A stretch of 64,000 bases of DNA from an uncultured Acidobacteriota bacterium (GTDB lineage: Bacteria > Acidobacteriota > UBA6911 > RPQK01 > JAPXNP01), in the NCBI GenBank assembly GCA_963777605.1, contig CAVZRV010000030.1, positions 160,001-224,000 on the forward strand, given 5' to 3'. This document shows positions 57,004 to 64,000 of this stretch, piece after piece; position 1 is the first letter of the stretch, and the number at the start of each line of letters is the position of its first letter. The notes under the pieces were generated by a model that was given only the letters and a program-made list of their open reading frames with translations, made no database searches and had not been told where the DNA came from. Both the position numbers and the translations under genes were made by a program.

Positions 57004-57821
57004 TGGAGACTGGGAAAGAAAATCGAAGAGTGCTGGCGGTCGGGGCTCATCCCGACGATGTTGAGTTTCTGTGTTCCGGGACCCTGGCACAGTTGAAGGA
57101 ACTGGGATATGAGTTGCACGTTGCAACGCTGACTCCGGGGGACTGCGGGTCGAAAGAATGGAATCCGGAAGAAATCAGCCGGATTCGCCGGGGAGAAGCC
57201 GAAGAAGCGTGCCGGCTGCTTGGCGCAACCTATCGCTGTCTCGAGTTCAGGGATCTTTGTATCTTTTACAACGAAGAGGGGTTACGGAAGGTGACCGGAT
57301 TCGTGAGAGAGGTGAACCCCTGGCTGGTATTTACGCACCCTCCCCATGACTACATGGTCGATCACGAGATGACCAGCCGCCTCGTGCGCACGGCCTGCTT
57401 TGGCGCTCCTGCCCCGAACTTCGAGGTTGCGCCGTCGGTAGTGCCGGCGCCGGATGCTGCCGTACCCGCCCTGCTTTACGGCTCGCCGGTCGAAAGCATC
57501 GACATTCTCGGAAACCGGGTGGTTCCTCATTTCTACGTCGATGTCACGGACCGGATTAAGCAGAAGGAAGGGCTGCTGGCCTGTCATGCGAGCCAGCGGA
57601 ACTGGCTGAAGGCTCACCATGGAATCGACGAGTATCTGGAGAGCCTGCGGCGTTGGGACCGGACGCGGGGAGCCGAGGCGTCAAAGGTAGCGGGACGCAA
57701 GATCGAATACGCCGAGGCGTTCCTGCAGCACCGGGGGCATGCCTACCCGGCGGAGAATCCGCTGAAGGAACTCCTCGGCAATCGCGTCATCGAAGCGCCG
57801 GCCGCCGACCGAGGACACTAG
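57003..57821 (+). CDS. PIG-L family deacetylase
   Basis: AHPDD.E, R..EA, DY..DH, HASQ. Confidence 0.88.
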   Translation: METGKENRRVLAVGAHPDDVEFLCSGTLAQLKELGYELHVATLTPGDCGSKEWNPEEISRIRRGEAEEACRLLGATYRCLEFRDLCIFYNEEGLRKVTGFVREVNPWLVFTHPPHDYMVDHEMTSRLVRTACFGAPAPNFEVAPSVVPAPDAAVPALLYGSPVESIDILGNRVVPHFYVDVTDRIKQKEGLLACHASQRNWLKAHHGIDEYLESLRRWDRTRGAEASKVAGRKIEYAEAFLQHRGHAYPAENPLKELLGNRVIEAPAADRGH

Positions 57822-58783
57822 GCATTCGGTGACGGGTAGGTAAACAGAGGCGGCCGCGATTGAGCCATCTGCTTGATCCTGGTGATCGCCTCGTTGTCGA
57901 GCGGTTTGAAGTTCACCGCCAGTCGGAGAGCCATCTTGAACAGGTTTTCGTCTCCGGGCGGAACCGCAGCCGCAATCGGGTGGGACAGGGTAAAGTAGAG
58001 GCCCAGCCGTGCTTCGTTCTCGTCCGACAACGGCTCGTACCAGCACTTTGGGAAGCGTCGTTCCGCCCCTTCCGGCCAGGGTTGTTTCGCCATCGCCTTA
58101 AGTGCGAGAATTCCGGCTCCGTTCTCGCGGGCTTTCTCGAGCACCTGGGGACCGAAGTTTCCGGAATTCCAGGTCCCGTAATTGAACGGGAACAGGATCG
58201 TATCGTAACGGAATCCGTTCAGCAGCGTCAGGGCTGCCTCTACGGAGTGGGCAGAGAACCCGATGAAGCGGATCTTGCCCTGCTTGCGGGCCTGCTGAAA
58301 GGCTTCCAGCGCCCCGTTGGGACCCAGGATCTGTTTGGCTTCCGCCACCGAGGTGACGGCGTGCATCTGGTACAGGTCAAAGTGATCGGTACGCAGGCGC
58401 TTCAGGGAACCTTCCAACGCCTTGAGTGCTCCCGCCTTGTCCCGAGCCTCGGTTTTGCAGGCTAGAAAGACATTCTTTCGATACGGTTCGAGTGCCGGTC
58501 CCAGCATCTGCTCGGCGTTACCGTAAGTTGGGGCAACGTCAAAGTAGTTAACCCCGTAGTCAATGGCTTCGGCGACCCGATCAGCAGCCTGGCCCGTGGT
58601 GGCGTTCATCACCACAATACCGCCGAACCCGATCATGGAGATCATCTCTCCGGTCTTGCCAAGTGACCGTTTCTCGATCTGTCCGGATCCCGCCTGGCGT
58701 GCCAGGCCGGATAGTCCGGCAGGAAAGCAGCTCAGCATTGCGGTCGCCGCCGATGTCTTGATGAAGTTTCTACGATCTAGCAT
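57818..58783 (-). CDS. Aldo/keto reductase with Tat signal
   Basis: RRNFIK, LGKTG, FDVA..YG, SL.RL.TDH.DLYQ.H, IGFS.H. Confidence 0.9.
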   Translation of the reverse strand: MLDRRNFIKTSAATAMLSCFPAGLSGLARQAGSGQIEKRSLGKTGEMISMIGFGGIVVMNATTGQAADRVAEAIDYGVNYFDVAPTYGNAEQMLGPALEPYRKNVFLACKTEARDKAGALKALEGSLKRLRTDHFDLYQMHAVTSVAEAKQILGPNGALEAFQQARKQGKIRFIGFSAHSVEAALTLLNGFRYDTILFPFNYGTWNSGNFGPQVLEKARENGAGILALKAMAKQPWPEGAERRFPKCWYEPLSDENEARLGLYFTLSHPIAAAVPPGDENLFKMALRLAVNFKPLDNEAITRIKQMAQSRPPLFTYPSPNA

Positions 58784-58856
58784 CTCCCCTTCCTTTCATA
58801 CGATGTGAACACCTTCGATTCTATCGCGGGCAGTTCTTGTCTGCTATAGTGGCGAA

Positions 58857-59477
58857 ATGCCTCGCCCCTTTCTGCTGCTCGCTTGCGTGTCCGTTCTTTG
58901 TTCGGCTAACGCTGCACTCGTGAGGGCCGGGTCCTGCGGAGACTGCAAGGCTGAGGCTGCTTCTCTCATGCGAAAGGACCTGCCCAACGACTTTCCGTTC
59001 CAGGTATTCGACGCGGGGTTTGCGGTCCTCCGAATCCGGTTCGTGAACCAGTCGGGCGCGCCGGTACAGCTCGACCCCGCTGCCATGGAGGTCTACAGCC
59101 CGAAGAAGAAACAGCTCAAGACGGCCGAGCCGACTGAAATCGCGCCGAAGATCCTGAAGTACTACCATGGTTCGGGACCGGTTCCCCTGCACGGTGATGT
59201 CACCTACGGGAATCCTTATCCTTCCTCCTATCCGAATCCCAACATTGCACATGCGAGAGGGATGTCCCGCAGCGGCACGGTCAACCCGGGTGCCGGTAAG
59301 CTGGATGCCGGAACCGGCCCTGCTCTGAGAGATAAGCTCGAGGAGTACAGACTCAAGCCGGTCACCGTCGAGCCTGGCGGTGAAGTCGAAGGGTTCATCT
59401 ACCTGAAAAGCAAGCACAGCGGTCACGCCCTTGCCGGCGGGTGGGTGGTCGTTGACGGTCAAAAGGTCGGATTCTGA
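58857..59477 (+). CDS. Exported hypothetical protein
   Basis: Signal-like N-terminus; V.PG..VEGF.Y Ig-like C-terminus. Confidence 0.6.
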   Translation: MPRPFLLLACVSVLCSANAALVRAGSCGDCKAEAASLMRKDLPNDFPFQVFDAGFAVLRIRFVNQSGAPVQLDPAAMEVYSPKKKQLKTAEPTEIAPKILKYYHGSGPVPLHGDVTYGNPYPSSYPNPNIAHARGMSRSGTVNPGAGKLDAGTGPALRDKLEEYRLKPVTVEPGGEVEGFIYLKSKHSGHALAGGWVVVDGQKVGF

Positions 59478-59492
59478 AGGAAGGATCGCAGC

Positions 59493-59927
59493 GTGGCGGC
59501 AACACTCGATTCAATCTGGATCAAGCGAGCTCACCGGGGGCCCATGGATCCGGTCCAGTCCTGCCGTGCACTATCCAGCCGTGGACTTGAAGGCAATGCC
59601 GACCAGGGTGGAAGGCGCCAGGTTACGGTCGTGGAAAGTGAAGTGTTCGATCAGGTCAGTGGTGAACTTGGCCGGTCGGTTGACCCCATTGTCCGCCGCG
59701 CAAACCTGCTCATTTCCGGGGTGGCCCTTGCCGAAAGCCGGGGGCGAATCCTTCGAGTCGGTGACTTGCGTCTCGAAATTGCCGGAGAGACGAGGCCGTG
59801 TGAGCGAATGGACGAAGCCGTCCCCGGCCTCAGAAAGGCTCTCGGCCCGGAGTGGCGCGGCGGCGCCTACGGGATCGTGCTCAACGACTGCGTTATTCAA
59901 ACCGGCGACCCTGTTTTCTGGGAATAG
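59493..59927 (+). CDS. MOSC domain protein
   Basis: GLEGN, RQVT, RRANL, T.PC..M, RGG, I..GD. Confidence 0.88.
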   Translation: MAATLDSIWIKRAHRGPMDPVQSCRALSSRGLEGNADQGGRRQVTVVESEVFDQVSGELGRSVDPIVRRANLLISGVALAESRGRILRVGDLRLEIAGETRPCERMDEAVPGLRKALGPEWRGGAYGIVLNDCVIQTGDPVFWE

Positions 59928-60024
59928 CGTCCAAAGCGGTTCTCACTCCCTTCTTGATTTCTCCGCGTTTCTGCAGCTTTGTTGATAACTCGCTGTCTTT
60001 TTGAGGCTTAGCGACTTTTTTCTC

Positions 60025-60052
60025 TAAAGGAAGTGACGGCTCGCGCCGATCA
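60025..60052 (+). promoter_or_regulatory. Sigma28 (FliA)-type promoter
   Basis: TAAA-N16-GCCGATCA upstream of an MCP gene (consensus TAAA-N15-GCCGATAA). Confidence 0.6.
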
Positions 60053-60120
60053 GAATAGCCAGAAGGGAACGGACATCAGTCCGGAGTGAAGGCGCTTGAA
60101 GTTTCTGGAGGTAGGGAAAG

Positions 60121-62157
60121 ATGAGGTTACAACTCCGCTTTGGAAGCATTTTCTCAAAGCTGACAATCCCGGTTTTGGGTTTGGTGGCTCTCGCATTTAC
60201 GGTTCTCGGGGTGATGGATTGGAACTTCCGATCTGCCAGTAACGAGGAACGTCTCGAGGTACAGACCGGAACTCTCGCGGGTGTGCTCGAATCTACGATT
60301 TACAACGCGATGGTAAAGGCGGACATGGATTCCGCCCAAGAGACTTTCCGGCGACTCAAGGAAGAGAAGGACATCCGCTGGGCATTCCTCCTGGACGAGG
60401 ACGGCGAGACTCAGCTCTCCTCCGATTCGAGCCGGTCTGAGTCCTTCGAACTGGACAAGTTTGCAACGGAGGGCACTTATTTCGAACCCCGGCAGGCGCA
60501 GGACGGCAACCCGTTCCTGCTCGCAGTCCGGCCTTTCCATGCTGATGCGGTGTGTCTCGATTGTCACAGCGACAAAAAGGTCGGTGACGTGCTTGGATAC
60601 GTTGGACTGGAGAAGTGGACCACCGCGGAAGCCGCGGAGTTGCGCTCGTCAACCCGGCGGGCTGCCGTCACGAGCGTGGTGCTTCTGGCCCTCCTCGCAG
60701 GAGTCCTGGTCTATCTGATCCGCTCCGTTACAGGGCCATTGGGGGAGATGGCCCGGGCTGCGGAGGGGATCTCGAAGGGCGACCTCAATCAGACCATCAA
60801 GTTCGATTCTCAAGATGAGATGGGAACTCTGGCGAAGTCGTTTCGGGCTCTCATAGAGTACATCCACTCCGTTGCGGTTTCGGCCGACAGCCTCAAGCGG
60901 GGCGACCTGGACGACCGCCTCGAGGTCCGGAGCAATGCCGACGAGTTGTCGAGAAATATCAACGCTGCGACGGAAACCTTGAACGAAGTCGTCTCCGAAA
61001 TGCGGCAGGTGATTTCGGGGGTCCGGGAAGGAGAGCTCGGCGTGCGCGCCTCAGCGGAGAAGTTCGAAGGCGGGTACCAGGAGATGCTTTCCGGCTTCAA
61101 CCAGGCGCTGGACGCCATCGTCGTCCCCGTCGAGGAAGCGGGGCGAGTCCTGGTGCAAATCGCGGACCGTGACTTGACCAGCCGAATGGTGGGTGACTAC
61201 CGTGGTGCATTTCTCGACATGAAAACTGCGTTCAATACTGCGGCGACAAACCTGGGCGAGAGCCTCCATTCGGTGATCGAGGCGGCGCGGCAGGTTTCCG
61301 TTGCTGCCACTGAGATTGACTCCAGCAGTCAATCACTGGCCCAGGGGGCTTCGGAACAGGCCAGTTCGTTCGAAGAAATCTCGGCGACCCTGGAGGAGGT
61401 CAACTCAATGGCGGCGGCCAACTCCAAGGGAGCCAAAGAGGCGGAAAAGGATGCCGGACGCGTACGTGCGGCGATGACCGATGGAGTCAATGGGGTCCGG
61501 AGCCTGGCCCAGGCGATGGAGAAGATCAAAGAGTCCTCCAATCAGACCGCCCGGATCGTCAAGACGATCGATGAGATCGCGTTCCAGACCAACCTGCTGG
61601 CTCTCAATGCAGCCGTCGAGGCGGCCCGCGCCGGTGAGGCCGGAAAAGGATTCGCCGTGGTCGCCGAAGAAGTCCGAAACCTGGCCATGCGGAGCGCCGA
61701 CGCCGCCCGCGAGACTTCGCTGCTGATCGAGTCTGCCGTCGAAAGTGCCGACACTGGCTTTGAACTGAATCGATCTTCGCTGGAAACCCTCGAGCGGGTC
61801 AACGAGATGGTCGGTGAAGTGAGTAGACGGGTGACCGATATTGCGGAATCGTCGGAACGTCAGCGCGAGAATGTCCAGAATGTGACCGAGGCGCTCGGCC
61901 AGGTCAACCAGGTGACTCAGACCACGTCCGCCACGGCGGAACAGTCGTCCGGCCTCTCGAACGAACTTGCCCACCGCGCCGGTGAGATGACCTCGCTGGT
62001 GGCGCAGTTCAAGATCGACGACAAAGACAAGTCGGACTCCGCACGCGGCCGGAAACAGGTTCGGGCCACGAACTCTCAGCCGAAGGTGACCCCTTCGATT
62101 CCTCCCGCTGCCCGTTCGATGCCGGACGGGTCGGGGGATTCACTGAGATTTTTCTGA
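60121..62157 (+). CDS. Methyl-accepting chemotaxis protein with periplasmic heme-c motif
   Basis: Two TM segments, CLDCH in the periplasmic part, HAMP repeats, [34 protein letters not shown]. Confidence 0.95.
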   Translation: MRLQLRFGSIFSKLTIPVLGLVALAFTVLGVMDWNFRSASNEERLEVQTGTLAGVLESTIYNAMVKADMDSAQETFRRLKEEKDIRWAFLLDEDGETQLSSDSSRSESFELDKFATEGTYFEPRQAQDGNPFLLAVRPFHADAVCLDCHSDKKVGDVLGYVGLEKWTTAEAAELRSSTRRAAVTSVVLLALLAGVLVYLIRSVTGPLGEMARAAEGISKGDLNQTIKFDSQDEMGTLAKSFRALIEYIHSVAVSADSLKRGDLDDRLEVRSNADELSRNINAATETLNEVVSEMRQVISGVREGELGVRASAEKFEGGYQEMLSGFNQALDAIVVPVEEAGRVLVQIADRDLTSRMVGDYRGAFLDMKTAFNTAATNLGESLHSVIEAARQVSVAATEIDSSSQSLAQGASEQASSFEEISATLEEVNSMAAANSKGAKEAEKDAGRVRAAMTDGVNGVRSLAQAMEKIKESSNQTARIVKTIDEIAFQTNLLALNAAVEAARAGEAGKGFAVVAEEVRNLAMRSADAARETSLLIESAVESADTGFELNRSSLETLERVNEMVGEVSRRVTDIAESSERQRENVQNVTEALGQVNQVTQTTSATAEQSSGLSNELAHRAGEMTSLVAQFKIDDKDKSDSARGRKQVRATNSQPKVTPSIPPAARSMPDGSGDSLRFF

Positions 62158-62982
62158 TCGATTTGCCTCGACGTAGCGGGCGATCCGGTCGACAGTTTCG
62201 ATCCAGACGCCCGAATGCGGGTCTGAGGAATATCGAGAGATCTGTTCCAGCGTGTCGGTGAGAGTTGTTTGTGAGTGGGATTCGGGCCCGATGTCGTGTC
62301 CGCAGAAGATCAGCCAGGCTCCCTGGGAAGCCGCTGACTCAATGAGCGTTCGGGCCTGCTCGAAGTTCAGTCCATCGAGTTCCATTCCGAGAAGCTGGGC
62401 CAGGTCACAGAAATTCGGATCGTTCGGTCCCTCGTCACGCCAACCCCTGCCGGCCAGAAATCGCTCGGCGACAACGGGTACGTAACTCCGGGTGAGCCGG
62501 CCCCGCCCCACGAATTTCTGCCCGCAGGGGTATGCGAACGTGGTCGGAGTTATGCCCAGCAGGTTGGTGATGGAACGGTTGGCCAGGTCGATCTCTTCCG
62601 CGATACTCTTCAGATCCTGATTCTCCAGGGCGCGATCCCGTGACCACTGGAAGTTCCCCGTGCACGGGTGATGCTCACTATGGTTGCCCAATTCGTGGCC
62701 GGTCACTGCCGCCTTCTTCCAATCGGCGGCCCGGCCGCGAGCCGGTCCTGCCTGGACATAGAAAGTGGCGTGAACACCGTAACGGTCCAGAATTGGAACG
62801 CCGTTATCGAGTTGGCTGGGACGCGCGTCATCGAAGCTCAGGCTGAGGGCTACCCGCTTGCCGTCGGGCCAGGGGAAGGGACCCGATTTTGTCCCGGTTT
62901 CTGAGTTTCCGTACTGGCCAAACATGACTGTTCCTCCCACCAAGGTAACTCCTGCAAGTGCCCAGACTAGACGATGAACCAT
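62140..62982 (-). CDS. Polysaccharide deacetylase family protein
   Basis: [24 protein letters not shown]; SD ggagga before ATG 62982. Confidence 0.88.
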   Translation of the reverse strand: MVHRLVWALAGVTLVGGTVMFGQYGNSETGTKSGPFPWPDGKRVALSLSFDDARPSQLDNGVPILDRYGVHATFYVQAGPARGRAADWKKAAVTGHELGNHSEHHPCTGNFQWSRDRALENQDLKSIAEEIDLANRSITNLLGITPTTFAYPCGQKFVGRGRLTRSYVPVVAERFLAGRGWRDEGPNDPNFCDLAQLLGMELDGLNFEQARTLIESAASQGAWLIFCGHDIGPESHSQTTLTDTLEQISRYSSDPHSGVWIETVDRIARYVEANRSEKSQ

Positions 62983-63054
62983 TACTCCTCCTACTGATGC
63001 GGCAGCGGCGCCGATTGCAGCTGCCCTTGGTTTGCCATTAGGATTATCTCTCAA

Positions 63055-64000
63055 ATGGTCAACAAGAGATTGCTCAAACTGACGCTGCTCCTGCTTCTCT
63101 GGGCCTGTTCCACCCCGGTATCACTCCTGGCGGCGGACAATGGGACCCGCTGGACTCCGGACGACCTTTTGCTTGCCGAGCGGGCGGGGGATTACCAGAT
63201 CTCCCCGGACGGCAGTTGGCTGGTCTGGGTGAAAGCCCAGATGGACAAGGAAAAGGGCCGCACGATTTCCAACCTCGTGTTGAGCTCCCTGAAATCCGAC
63301 CAGGAGGTTCCCTTGACCCGGGGGCAATACTCACACCGCAATCCCCGTTGGTCACCCGACGGCAAGAGGATTGCCTTTCTCTCATCGCGACCGGCTCCCG
63401 GCAAGGACGGTGACGAAGGGAACAGCACGGCCATCTGGATGCTGAACCTTGCCGGCGGTGAACCCTGGCCGGTCAGCGACATCGACCGGGACATTAACGA
63501 ATTCGAGTGGAAAGACGATGACACCATCGTTTTCACCGCTGAAGAAGACCCCGCTCTGTACGAGCAGGAGGTCAAAAAGAGGAAGGACAACTCCAGGGTA
63601 ATCGATGATGCCGAGCACACCCCCCCTGTACGCATCTTCGTTCTCCACTTGAAGGACAAGTCGGTCACCAGGTTGACCCACAATGACGACTGGGTTCGGG
63701 GTATCAGCGTTTCTCCGGACGGGAAATGGGTCGTGTCCGTCCATCAGCGGAGCCTGAGCTACTCTTTTGACCAGAAAATCACGCCCTCCCTCGATCTGAC
63801 CAGTGTCGATTCGGGCGAGGTTCGCGAAATCGATCCCGGCAAGCGCCTGGCTTTGAGAGGGGTCGAGTGGGCCCGGGACTCATCGGGGTTCTACTATGAG
63901 ACGGAATATTCCACTGACCCGCTCTATTTCACCGCTACGATCACGAAGCTCCACTACCACGACCTCGCAACGGCGGGCACGGTGGAGATTGACCTCGATT
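63055..64000 (+). CDS. S9 family peptidase N-terminal beta-propeller (partial, runs off the window)
   Basis: Not in the ORF track. ATG 63055 gives MVNKRLLKLTLLLLLWAC..., QISPDG, PRWSPDGKRIAFLSSR, VSPDGKW repeats; catalytic domain not in the window. Confidence 0.75.
   Translation, partial: MVNKRLLKLTLLLLLWACSTPVSLLAADNGTRWTPDDLLLAERAGDYQISPDGSWLVWVKAQMDKEKGRTISNLVLSSLKSDQEVPLTRGQYSHRNPRWSPDGKRIAFLSSRPAPGKDGDEGNSTAIWMLNLAGGEPWPVSDIDRDINEFEWKDDDTIVFTAEEDPALYEQEVKKRKDNSRVIDDAEHTPPVRIFVLHLKDKSVTRLTHNDDWVRGISVSPDGKWVVSVHQRSLSYSFDQKITPSLDLTSVDSGEVREIDPGKRLALRGVEWARDSSGFYYETEYSTDPLYFTATITKLHYHDLATAGTVEIDLD

Noticed and set aside
1-64000. CRISPR arrays, rRNA, known riboswitches, intact integrase or transposase
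   Set aside because: No regularly spaced repeats or recognisable conserved RNA motifs were seen by eye; a covariance-model search was not possible.

Overview
High-GC bacterial window, most consistent with an Acidobacteriota-like diderm (inferred from gene style and content: lptD, TolC, short sucA, exported proteins with 'LYFPQFGDG' or PTLK motifs). Bases 1 to ~6813 are the end of a decayed integrated element at the 3' end of tRNA-Glu(CTC). It holds an IS6 fragment, an HK97-type HNH/cos/terS/terL packaging remnant with internal deletions, a stand-alone POTRA gene, a secreted protein, a wHTH plus PD-(D/E)XK nuclease, and a dead integrase tail that reads antisense through the tRNA. The rest is core-like chromosome: a GdhA homologue whose catalytic Lys is Gln, co-transcribed with a REC-REC/PPDK-N protein (the most striking signal here); lptD-folK-lepB; uncharacterised sugar and amino-sugar catabolic genes; rho; nnr-tsaE-cydAB; M48 protease, TolC, pilD, comEA; a bacillithiol cluster (bshC, bshB1, bshA) interrupted by a polyprenyl sugar-phosphotransferase; a SIS-MetE-like-MBL operon; sucA; nagA; transporters; a heme-c MCP with a sigma28 promoter; and a partial S9 peptidase. 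No CRISPR array or rRNA was seen. All family calls come from motif recognition by eye, not database searches, and several start codons are estimates.
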